DNA from: Eledone cirrhosa
Taxonomy: Eukaryota
Assembly: GCA_964016885.1 (NCBI GenBank)
Contig: OZ024743.1
Span: 235,538,001 to 235,602,000 of the forward strand
Length of the DNA: 64,000 bases
Direction of reading: 5' to 3'
Part shown: positions 13,638-24,849 of the stretch, piece by piece
Layout: the number at the start of each line of letters is the position of its first letter
How positions within the stretch are numbered: position 1 is the first letter of the stretch
Made by a program: the position numbers and the translations under genes
Notes under the pieces: generated by a model
Seen by the model: only the letters and a program-made list of their open reading frames with translations
The model's database searches: none
What the model was told of the DNA's origin: nothing

Positions 13638-15365
13638 GTGTTTGCGTTGTTGGTGTTTTTGGTGATGCTGGTGGTGGTGTGGTTGTTGTTGTCAGTGATG
13701 CTTGTGGTGGTGATGGTGGTAGTGTTGCTGCAAGTTTCCTTGCTGCCTTTACCCCTCTTTGTATGCCTTCGCTCTTGGAGGGTGAATCTAAGGGTTTTTT
13801 TTGTTTTTTGTTTTTTGTGGCAGACCGTTTGCCACTTCACTCCCGCTTCAAACTCCATGTCGGATTCTGTGGCGTCTGGGAGGGGTATGTGCTCCACGGC
13901 TGTTGGTGGTGGTAGTGGAGCCCTCTTCGGCAATTTTGTTGCTGGTGTAGCTACTTCAAATGTAGCTATTGGTGTTGCCGCCACTGATGATGATGCTTTT
14001 AGTTGTCCATGGCCTTGGTACGGGTACTACGGACGTTGCCCTCCTACTCACCGTGGAAGGGGCTTCTTCGTTTGTTGCCTGCCCTGCTCTTGGTAGCAGC
14101 GGACCAGGTATTGGAAGGAGAGGGGTCTTCTTCGCTGTCTTCTGCGGGCAAAAGGTCCTGAGGTGACCCTTCGACCCACAGAGATAACATTTTGGCCGTC
14201 TTCCTTCTACACTTATAGGGAGTTGGAGTCTTTCCTCGATGTCTATGATATCGAGGATAGCGTCGATACATTCCTGGTCAGTTTGTATAAGCATTTGCAT
14301 CCCTATATCTGACCAGTTCTCTCTTCCTATTTTTTCTACTTGCAGCATGGTCGTCCTGTTCTCGATTCCAGCAAGGACAGACGCGGCCAGCCAAGGTATG
14401 GGCACGTCGGGTGGGATCTGGGTCACTTTGACCCTCACAATTTTCTGCCCGCAGTAGGAGGGCACCAAGACTATCTCCTCACTCTTTAGGGTTTCCAAAG
14501 AGTGAGACTTTGCTTCCTGGGGGGGGGAGGGGGCGAAAAGTACGTCTACTGTGGCGTACTTTCTGCCTCGGGTGATGTGGGTTTTGCGTGCCCAGACGCA
14601 CCCCAAGGCCTTTTGGATTTGAGCCTCCGTGGCTTTCTCCACCCGATGTGAGATTTTGCTTACGGTGCGGTAAGTCACCGTCCGTAGCTGCTGGTCCTTG
14701 AAAAAATCGGGTGGAGGTTTCAGGTAGACTCTATTTGCGCTTCTTGTCACCATGGCCCTTGCGACTGCCATCTCCTCCTCTGTGACTAACACTGTACGAT
14801 ATTTCGGGCGACACCTGCAAAAGAAGTGGTCCCTTTTTCAGCAGCACCACTATTGCTGCCGCTACTGGTCTTACTGGTGGTGCTGAGATCGCTATTACAG
14901 GTATCGGTGTCATTGTTGTTGTTTTCGTTGGTACAGTTGTTGGTGTTGTTGTTGTTCTTTCCGTTGATACTGTTGCTGTTGTTACTGTTATTGTGGCTGT
15001 TGTTATTATTGTTGTTTTTGTTGATACTGTTCCTACTATTATTGTTGTTGTGGCTGTTGTTATTGTCATTGTTATTGTCGTTCTCAACCTTACCGCTGTT
15101 ATTTTTTGTTATTGTCGTTCTCGACTTTACCGGTGTTATTTTTGTTGTTGCTGTTGTTATTGATGGTATTGCTGTTGGTGTTGTTGTTGGTATTGTTTGT
15201 GTTAGAAATATTTGTTAATTTTAAATCTGTAACAATCTTCTTTTCCTTTGTAATATTTTCGTTTATATTTACCTCCGCTGGAACGCTGTCTTGTTGACAT
15301 GCTGATAAAGTCTCCCTCTCTCTGTGTTGTCTGACAGCGCTTTCTCTCTTTCTTGTATTATCCAT
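13638..15365 (-). pseudogene. Tx1-like ORF1 (gag-like zinc knuckle) of copy A, frameshifted
   Basis: ATG at 15365; low-complexity N/T tract; core homologous to copy C ORF1 (RKTHITRGRKYATVDVLF; LPISVEGRRPKC). Confidence 0.75.
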
Positions 15366-15557
15366 GTTGACATTTTTCAAAAAAATATTTTTACACAAAT
15401 ACGAATACGACACCCCGTAAAGTGGTGCCGTATTATTTACGAGTGAACCCCTGTATTAGGTGGGTCACTTCTTCTAAACTTTTATCAAATTTAAAACTTG
15501 AATAAAAGGTTTAGAACGGTTGAAAACGAGGTAAAACGTTGAAAAAAACTGGAGGCG

Positions 15558-15610
<53 letters not shown>
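15558..15610. repeat. (TAA)n linker between Tx1 copies A and B
   Basis: Directly visible. Confidence 0.95.
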
Positions 15611-15611
<1 letters not shown>

Positions 15612-18600
15612 TTTTCTTTATTAACCACAAGGGTTTACATAAAGTAGACATTAAGGACAGTACAGGACAATACAGGACGGTACAAATGGGCATTTCTGCG
15701 TGTAAAAAAAACAGAGGTTGAAATAAAATAACAAAGAAAAATTCCCCAATAGGGGGGAGACTTCCGAGGGACATTTGTGGAGAAAGCCCATTAAAAGACC
15801 ACAGTGGCCCTGACCACCAGGGCAAGTGCCCTCTCCCAGTTTTCCACCTTTAATTTACAGACACATACTCAGAGAAGGCCCATTCATTCGGGCCATACTT
15901 GCTTCTCTCACCCATCTTTCAACAAAATGCTGGGAAGAGAGCACTTCCCTCTCTACCCTGATTTTCCTTTTCAAATGAAATTTGAAAAAGTTAATCAGGG
16001 CATCACCGAAGAGGTAAGTGCTCGTCTTCAGCCCTTTCAAACGTGTCCACCATACTATCTCTTTCGCCATGGCCACCAGACAGATAAAAACTGCCTGCCC
16101 TTCCCGGCTAAAGGAAGGGGGCGGGGCAATCCTCACGATGGACTCAGCTGATAGCTGGATCCGTCCTACACGTGACAGCAGGTGTTCGACATAAACCCAC
16201 AAGTCAGCAATGCTCGGACACTGGACGAGTGCGTGCAGGACGGTTTCGTCGCCCTGCGCGCATCTCGGACATGCCCGGCTGACGGCACCTCCATGCCTGT
16301 AGAGTTTATCCCGAACTGGCAAAGCTCCTCGGTAGCACTGCCAGGCCAGGGATTTCTGGAAGTTATCCATAGGCCCCGGTCCGAAAGTCCTTCCGAAGAG
16401 ATTGGCTAGTTGATTTTCGTCGACGCCTAGAGTTTCTCCAAGTACGTCGTCGCTCTTCCCCTCCACTAATCCCCTATAGAACGCCAAGGTGGAGTTTCCA
16501 CCGATCACATTGCCCGATTGGCCGAGGGCTGTGAGCGCCTGAAGACATTCCAGTCTCCAAGCGCTCCCTCTCGGTCTTCGCTTGACCCAGGACTGCAGCT
16601 CCGTCAAGGAGACGAGCTGGGGAAAAACACGTCTAGCAAACGGCGACCACACCTGATCACCGTCGAGGAAGAGGTGGAGATGTCGTAGCCTGAGCGCGTG
16701 TCTGCGCATCATCAGCCACGGCATACCCAGCCCTCCACGTAGCGGGTGTTGACAGCAGATGGACCGCCTGACCATCGGAGCGCGTCCCTTCCACAAGAAG
16801 CGAAAGAGCAAACGCTCCAGCGCAGTCAGGCGGGGCTTAGGACAAGGTACGACGGTCAGGCGGTAGTAGATGACGGATGCGATGTACGCATTCGCCACCT
16901 CCGCTCGACTTTTCAGGGATAGCTTCCTCTCGGCCCATTTCTGGGTGAGAGAAGCCACCCTGCTCGTCACCTCGTCCCAGTTTTTGTCCGTCTGGAGGTC
17001 TGGACCGAACCAGACCCCTAGCAATTTAACCGCTCCGTCCGTTCAGCGCCCGACGACGCTGTTGGACAGCATGGACCTGCCTCTCCAGGTGCCGAGCTGC
17101 AGGCCCACTGACTTTTCCTGGTTGATCATTGCTCCTGTCACCGCTTCGTATTCTCTTCGTGTAGTGCCGATCGCCTCGATGTGTTTGGCGTTCGACACCA
17201 CTACAGTGACATCGTCCGCATATGCTGACACGGATCTTCCGCATCCTAGTTCGCGCGGGACCCCCCTCAACGTCTCCAGTTTGTGCAGTAATGGCTCGAG
17301 AGTCAATACGTACAATAGGGACGAGAGGGGACATCCTTGGCGGACCGAGCGCATGATGTTGAACGGTTCCGAAAGGTGACCGTTCACTCTCACTACAGAG
17401 CAGATGTCGCTGTGCATGGCAGCGATCCAGCCTCTGAAGACGGGCCCAAAGCCAGCCGCCCTCAGGACTGCCGCTAGGTAACGATGGTCGACCCTATCGA
17501 AGGCTTTCGACTGATCTAAATTGATCAAAGACCCACCCGTGCCAGGTTCCCTAGCTACCCTCTCTACGATGTATCGCACGAGGTGGAGGTTGTCGTGGAT
17601 GGATCTGTCGGGAATGGCGCATGTCTGTGCCTCTCCCACCAGACCACCAACGACAAGCGCCAACCTCTTTGCTAGCACCTTGGCCAAAATCTTGAACTCT
17701 GTGTTTAGCAGAGTTATGCGCCTAAAATTATCTATGTTATCCCCCTTGTTCGGATCCTTTCTCAGCAGTGCCACCGCTCCTCGGCTCACAGAGCTGGGAA
17801 TTCTCCCGTTCTGTTGCCAGTTGCAGTAGACGTCCGCCAAGAGGCCTCCGAACAAGTTTGGCATTTGTACGTAAAGTTCATAGGGCAGACCATCCAAACC
17901 AGGCGATTTACCCCTTGTGCAGCCAGTCATTGCCTCCCTTACTTCAGCGGTTGTTATCGGCTTTTCGCAACACTCCGCCTCAGTGGCCGAAAGCCGCGGC
18001 AGTCCGTCGAGGTAGACACTAAAGTCCATCCCTCGATCCGGCCCGCCACTGCCCCCGAACAGTCGAGCGAAGTGTCGCTGAAAAGCTTCACACATTTGCC
18101 CGGGATCGAGTAGCATGCGCCCGTCGTGGTCCACCAAAGACCGGATCGTGGCTTTGTTGCCACGACGCGCCTCCGCCACTCGGGCCCATTGAACGGCTTT
18201 CATCCCCTCATGTCTGAGAGCACGCACCCTTGCTCTGACAACGCAGCCTTCGTGCTTTGCATTGAAGAATTGGTCAAGGGCCAATTTCGTCGCAAGTACG
18301 TCGGTCGCGATGCCTTTGCTAAGCGCCTCATCTAATTTTCTAACTAATTCTCCCTCTGCTCTATTTTTCTCTATTGCTAAAGTCTTACTAAACCTAATGG
18401 ACTCTATTCTAATTGCTCTTTTCAGAGCAAACCACCACTTGTTGTTGACGATGGCCCCCGTCAACGCCCGCTTAACTAGTTCGCTAATCCAGTCTCTGTA
18501 GGCCTTGCGCGCTGGTAAGGACGCGTTTAGCTTCCAGTAGCCGGGTCCTTATCTATGAAGCCTATCTAAGTCAAGCACACAGATCACGAATTTGTGGTCC

Positions 18601-19358
18601 GTGTAGCTGACTATCTTGAATTGTGGACAGCCTATGCTAGACCTATCTATTTCCCTACAAAATACTCTATCTAGATATGATCTAGATGACCCTATGCGAT
18701 TTGTCCAAGTCCACATTGGTACATTCGGGAAATCCATTCGGTACCTGTCAGACATTTCAAAACGTCTGAGCAGGTTGGTGAGACTCTTGCACCCTCCTTC
18801 CCTATCCACTAATCCCACACAATCCCAGCGTGCATCTAAGATCCCGTTCCAGTCGCCCACTAACACTAAAGAGCGGGACGTTCCAAGAAAGGTCTCCAGA
18901 CGCCGGAAGAAATCAGGCCGCCCTGCTCCTGTCGGGGCATAGACGGCCACTAACCTGAAAGCTTGCCCGTCTCCGCTGGTCACGTCCAGCACCACCAACT
19001 TACCTTCTGGGTCCAGGAAGATGGCCCGTATGGCAAGATCCAAAGCTCTCCGAAAAAGCACAGCAACTCCTCCCCCCGATCCCGGACGGCTGGGAGATGC
19101 GTACACATCGTAGCCGCCGAAGATCGGTGCGAAAGCCTGTGCTTCGGAGATTCTGGTCTCGCTGATGGCCACTACATCTATGTTTAGTGACCTGAGGTCG
19201 TTGAGCAGGTGGCCCTGCTTCCATGACGACCCCAAGCCACGCGCATTTATGCTGCCTATTCTGAGTGAGGTCATGTTGAAAAGGAGTGGAAAAGATGGGA
19301 AAGACCACTTACCTTACTTCTCGTAGGGGAAGGACGGTTTTTCCATCCTTTTCACTGC
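15611..19358 (-). mobile_element. Tx1-like LINE copy B: inter-ORF spacer + ORF2 + 3' UTR only
   Basis: Begins at the position equivalent to the ORF1 stop of copy C; 3' AATAAA and (TTA)n tail. Confidence 0.92.
15855..19274 (-). pseudogene. Tx1-like ORF2 of copy B, ~1139 codons in one frame with two nonsense codons
   Basis: Track ORFs 18549-19274, 17043-18464, 15855-17024 share a frame; EN starts MTSLRIGSINARG...ISET; YADD; CPRCAQGDETVLHALVQC. Stops at 18549-18551 and 17043-17045. Confidence 0.9.
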
Positions 19359-19622
19359 TTAATAATAATAATGATTTCTTTATTAACCACAAGGGTTTAC
19401 ATAAAGTAGACATTAAGGACAGTGCAGGACAATACAGGACAGTACAAATGGGCATTTCTGCGTGTAAAAAACAAAAACAGAGGATGTAACAAAAAAATAA
19501 CAATGGCAAATTCTCCAATAGGGGGAGACTTCGGAGGGACATTTGTGGAGAAAGCCCAGTAAAAGGCCACAGTGACCCTGACCACCAAGGCAAGTGCCCT
19601 CTCCCAGTTTTCCACTTTTAAT

Positions 19623-22229
19623 TTACAGATATATACTCAGAGTAGGCCCATTCACTCGGGCCATTCTTGCTTCTCTCACCCATCTTTCAACAAAATGCTG
19701 GGAAGAGAGCCCTTCCCTCTCTACTCTGATTTTCCTTTTCAAATGAAATTTGAAAAAGTCAATCAGAGCATCACCGAAGAGGTAAGTGCTCGTCTTCAGC
19801 CCTTTCAAACGTGTCCACCATACTATCTCTTTCGCCATGGCCACCAGACAGATAAAAACTGCCTGCCCTTCCCGGAGGGCGGGGCAATCCTCACGATGGA
19901 CTCAGCTGATAGCCGGATCCGTCCTACACGCGACAGCAGGTGTTCGACATAAACCCACAAGTCAGCAATTTTCGGACACTGGACGAGTGCGTGCAGGACG
20001 GTTTCGTCGCCCTGCGCGCATCTCGGACATGCCCGGCTGACGGCACCTCCATGCCTGTAGAGTTTATCCCGAACTGGCAAGGCTCCTCAGTAGCACTGCC
20101 AGGCCAGAGATTTCTGGAAGTTGTCCATAGGCCCTGGCCCGAAAGTTCTTCCGAAGAGATTGGCTAGTTGATTTTCGTCGACGCCTAGAGTTTCCCCAAG
20201 TACGTCGTCGCTCTTCCCCTCCACTAATCCTCTAGAGAACGCCGAGGTGGAGTTTCTACCGATCACATTGCCCGATTGGTCGAGGGCTGTGAGCGCCTGA
20301 AGACATTCCAGTCTCCAAGCACTCCCTCTCGGTCTTCGCTTGACCCAGGACTGCAGCTCCGTCAAGGAAACGAGCTGGGGAAATACGTGTCTAGCAAACG
20401 GCGACCACACCTGATCACCGTCGAGGAAGAGGTGGAGATGTCGTAGCCTGAGCGCGTGCCTGCGCATCATCAGCCACGGCATGCCCAGCCCTCCACGTAG
20501 CGGGTGTTGACAACAGATGGACCACCTGACCATCGGAGCGTGTCCCTTCCACAAAAAGCGAAAGAGTAAACGCTCCAGCGCAGTCAGGCGAGGCTTAGGA
20601 CAAGGTACGACGGTCAGGCGGTAGCAGACGACAGACGCGTTGTACGCGTTCGCCACCTCCGCTCGACTTTTCAGGGATAGCTTCCTCTCCGCCCATTTCT
20701 GGGTGAGAGAAGCCACCCTGCTCGTCACCTCGTCCCAGTTTTTGTCCGTCTGGAGGTCCGGACCGAACCAGACCCCTAGCAATTTAACCGCTCCGTCCGT
20801 CCAGCGTCCGACGATGCTGTTGGACAGCATGGACCTGCCTCTCCAGGTGCCGAGCTGCAGGCCCACTGACTTTTCCTGGTTGATCATTGCTCCTGTCACT
20901 GCTTCGTATTCTCTTCGTGTAGTGCCGATCGCCTCGATGTGTTTGGCGTTCGACACCACTACGGTGACATCGTCCGCATATGCTGACACGGATCTTCCGC
21001 ATCCTAGTTCGCGCGGGACGCCCCTCAACGTCTCCAGTTTGTGCAGTAATGGCTCGAGAGTCAATACGTACAAGAGGGACGAGAGGGGACATCCTTGGCG
21101 GACCGAGCGCATGATGTTGAACGGTTCCGACAGGTGACCGTTCACTCTCACCACAGAGCAGATGTCGCTGTGCATGGCAGCGATCCAGCCTCTGAAGACG
21201 GGCCCAAAGCCAGCCGCCCTCAGGACTGCCGCTAGGTAACGATGGTCGACCCTATCGAAAGCTTTCGACTGATCTAAATTGATCAAGGACCCACCCGTGC
21301 CAAGTTCCCTAGCTACCCTCTCTACGATGTATCGCCTGAGGTGGAGGTTGTCGTGCATGGATCTATCCAGAATGGCGCATGTCTGCGCCTCTCCCACCAG
21401 ACCACCAACGACAAGCGCCAACCTCTTTGCTAGCACCTTGGCCAAAATCTTGAACTCTGTGTTTAGCTGGTAAGGACGCGTTTAGCTTCCAGTAGCCGGG
21501 TTCTCGTCTATGAAGCCTATCTAAGTCAAGCACACAGATCACGAATTTGTGGTCCGTGTAGCTGACTATCTTGAATTGTGGACAGCCTATGCTAGACCTA
21601 TCTATTTCCCTACAAAATACTCTATCTAGATATGATCTGGATGACCCTACGCGATTTGTCCAAGTCCACATTGGCACATTCGGGAAATCCAATCGGTACC
21701 TGTCAGACAGTTCAAAACGCCTGAGCAGGTTGGTGAGGCTCTTGCACCCTCCACCCCTATTCGCTAATCCCACACAGTCCCAGCGTGCATCTAAGATCCT
21801 GTTCCACTCGCCCACTAACACTAAAGAGCGGGACGTTCCAAGAAAGGTCTCCAGACGCCGGAAGAAATCAGGCCGCCCTGCTCCTGTCGGGCCATAGACG
21901 GCCACTAGCCTGAAAGCTTGCCCGTCTCCGCTGGTCACGTCCAGCACCACCAACTTACCCTCTGGGTCCAGGAAGATGGCCCGTATGGCGAGATCCAAAC
22001 CTCTCCGAAAAAGCACAGCAACTCCTCCCCCCGATCCCGGACGCCTGGGAGATGCGTACACATCGTAGCCGCCGAAGATCGGTGCGAAGGCCCGTGCTTC
22101 GGAGATTCTGGTCTCGCTGATGGCCACTACATCTATGTTTAGTGTCCTGAGGTCGTTGAGCAGGTGACCCTGCTTCCATGACGACCCCAAGCCACGCGCA
22201 TTTATGCTGCCTATTCTGAGTGAGGTCAT
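19623..22229 (-). pseudogene. Tx1-like ORF2 of copy C (EN-RT linker deleted, stop and frameshift near C-terminus)
   Basis: Track ORFs 21363-22229, 20087-21445, 19823-20080, 19623-19844. Confidence 0.85.
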
Positions 22230-22312
22230 GTTTAAAATAGAGTGGAAAAGATGGGAAAGACCACTTACCGTACTTTTCGTAGAGGAGGGATGGTTTTTCC
22301 ATCCCTTTTCAC

Positions 22313-24376
22313 TTAATCGTCTGGTGAAGGGACCGTTGAATCGTCCCTTCGGCTGGTCGTCGGCTCTTCTATGAGTATGTCCGAATATACTCTTCGGTTG
22401 ATAGTTCCTCCTAGGTCTCTGAAATCACCAACTGCGTTGGGGAATTTCGTTTTAATGTTTGTGTATTGTTTCTGTGCTATTTTTAGCAGTCTTATGTTAG
22501 TTGGCGTTTTGATTGGTGCTGGTATTATGTAGTCGTGTTGTGAAATGTCTGTGTGTTCAATTATGTAAGTCATTAGTTTCTTGTTGTGTGTATTTATTGC
22601 CGTGCATTTGTTTTTCTGGGAGTGGGGGGTGGTTCTGCTATTTTCTTGTCGTTGTTGCTGGGTGTGTGTGTTTTGTTGTTGTGTTTGCAATGTTGGTGCT
22701 TGTGGTGGTGGTGTTGAAGGTGTTGTTGGCGGTGGGGTTGTCGCCGGTGGTGATGGTGGTGCTAGTGTGGGTGGTGATGGTGTTGGTGGTGTTGCTGCTG
22801 TGAGTCTCTTTGCAGTAGACTTTACCCTTTTTTCATTTCTTTCCTCCCTTTTCAAAGGCGACGATGCGCTGCTTCTGCGTTTGTGCCTTCTTTCGACCTT
22901 TTGCCATCCCTCTCCCACCTCACACTCCATGTCTGATTCTGTGAGGTCGGGGAGGGGTACCAGCTCCACTCTTTCACTTGTTGTTGTTGGTGATGTTTGC
23001 ACTGGAGTCTCTGTTGCAGCTGCATTTGGTATTGCTGTTGTTGTTGTTAATACTTCCACTGCTGCTGCTGTTTTTGATTTCCGTGGCGTGGGTATGGGTG
23101 CCACGGACCTATCGTTCCTGGTTGCCGCTTGTCCTGTTGCTGGTAGCCGTGGAGCCGGTTTCGGAAGGAGGGGGTTTTCTCCTTTGTCAGGGTCTTCTCG
23201 TTGCAGAAGGCCCTGAGGTGAGTCTTCGATCCACAGCGAAAGCATTTCGGGCGTTTGCCCTCAACACTTATGGGCAGTTGAGTGCCGTTATCGAAGTCTA
23301 TCACATCCGGGATAGCTTCGATGCACTCCTGGTTGGTTTGGATTAACATCTCAATGGAGGTGCCGACCCAATCTTCTCTTACTTTTTTCTGTACTTGCAG
23401 TACAATTGTTTTGTCCTCGATACGACGAGGACAGACGCGGCCAGCCAAGAAGGGGCCATCCCGGGGGGGGGGGGGGCGTGGGTCAGTTTGACCCTCACAA
23501 TTTTTTGTCCGCAGTAGGAGGGCACCAACACCATTTCCTCGCTCCTTAGGGTCACTACGGATTGAGCCTTTGCCTCCTGGCGTGTGGCAAAAAGTACGTC
23601 TACGGTGGCATATTTCTTGCCTCGGGTGATGTGCGTTTTCCGCTGCCACACAGACCCCAAGGCTTTTTGTATTTGAGCCTCTGTGGCTCTTTCAACCCTA
23701 CGGGATTTTGTACTTACTGTACGGTACGTGACCGTACAGTGCTGTTGGGTTTCGAAAATATTTTCCGCTGCCTTGCAGATTGCTCGGTGTCCAGTTTTTG
23801 TCACCATCTTCTTCGCTTCCTCTAATTCCTCATTTGTTATGAGGATTGTTTCTAGGTTCTTCGCGGTACCTGCAAACGAGATTGGTTTTTCTTTGCTGCT
23901 GTTGTTGTTGTTGTTGTTGTTGTCGTCAGAGCTGCTGTTACTTTTGTTGTTGCTGCAGGTACTACGACTACTGCCGCCGCCGCTGTTGCTGTGGTTGTTG
24001 TTGTTGCTGCTGCTAATGCTGTTGTTGTTTATGCTGCTGCTGATGCTGTTGCGGCTGCTACTGTTGTTTTCATTGTCACTGTTGCTGTTGTTATTACGGC
24101 TGTTACTTCTATTATTCCTGACGTCAGACGAATGAAATGGGTTTTCGTATTTCCCGCACACCTGTTTCGTCGTTGTCGTCGTCGTCGTGGAGAAATCTTG
24201 CACGCTTTGCACGAGACTTTTTTTTCTGTCGTCGCTTGCGAAAGAGAAGGGAGGGAGAGAGATACATTTAAAGAAGGGAGGGAGAGAGACAATCTTCTCT
24301 CTGCTGTAGTGACGATTGAGGAAGAAGAAATCGGAATGAGTGGGAGTGACCTATGAAAATTCTTTTTCGTAGCCAT
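22313..24376 (-). pseudogene. Tx1-like ORF1 of copy C, frameshifted
   Basis: MATKKNF start; N/S-rich tract; zinc knuckle CFRCGSKTHLRAFC; Pro/Thr-rich C-terminal part; TAA at 22313-22315. Confidence 0.8.
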
Positions 24377-24592
24377 GTTTTTTTTTTTGTTTAAAATAAA
24401 TATTGGGCACAAAACCCCAATAAGCAGTTATTTAACCCGGAAGGGCCAAATAACGGGCAGAAAGACCCCTCTCACGAGGAGGAGGGTGTTTTTGTCTACA
24501 AGTTGGTTAAAGTTTTAAACAATTTACAATTGTCATAGCGTTCAAAATTTACAATACCTTACAGAGCCGAGCCTCCGTCAACCATAGCATTC

Positions 24593-24630
<38 letters not shown>

Positions 24631-24849
24631 TATGAATAGACTGAATTGATGACCCGGTCAAAATAAAAATCAAAGCAGCACAGCAACAACGAAAAACGTA
24701 AAGAAAATAAAAATGAAGAGAAAAACAAACAGACGGACAGAGAAGGGAAGGGAAAAAGTAAGTCAGACATTCAAACAATACATTACAATGAAACTTATGC
24801 TTATTCATTTTGGGTTTTTTTTTGCCTGTTCGTTTGTTTGTTTATTTAT

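Larger units (their letters stand above)
10179..15558 (-). mobile_element. Tx1-like (L1 clade) LINE copy A, 5'-complete but internally deleted and frameshifted
   Basis: ORF1 with zinc knuckle CYLCGSKGHLRTFC; ORF2 with APE (LVGDWNG, YTDH), RT (NFRPITLLNAEFKILAKVLA, DQSKAFDRVDH, QGCP, YADD) and C-terminal CCHC; 3' AATAAA then (TTA)n. ORF1 C-terminus/ORF2 N-terminus deleted near 13638. Confidence 0.9.
19373..24592 (-). mobile_element. Tx1-like LINE copy C, 5'-complete, with ~0.8-kb deletion in ORF2
   Basis: Flanked by (TAA)n at 19360-19372 and 24593-24628; ORF1 24376-22313; ORF2 from 22229; nearly identical to copy B; deletion junction near 21468 (gtttagc|tggtaagg). Confidence 0.92.

Noticed and set aside
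10335-24356. Numerous + strand ORFs over the Tx1 copies
   Set aside because: Antisense shadows of GC-rich LINE coding sequence or of trinucleotide tracts; no recognisable motifs.
24465-24490. cctcctcgtg on the minus strand as the L3 loop of an HDV-like ribozyme
   Set aside because: Could not identify P1, P1.1 or P2 pairings; a simple hairpin explains it.
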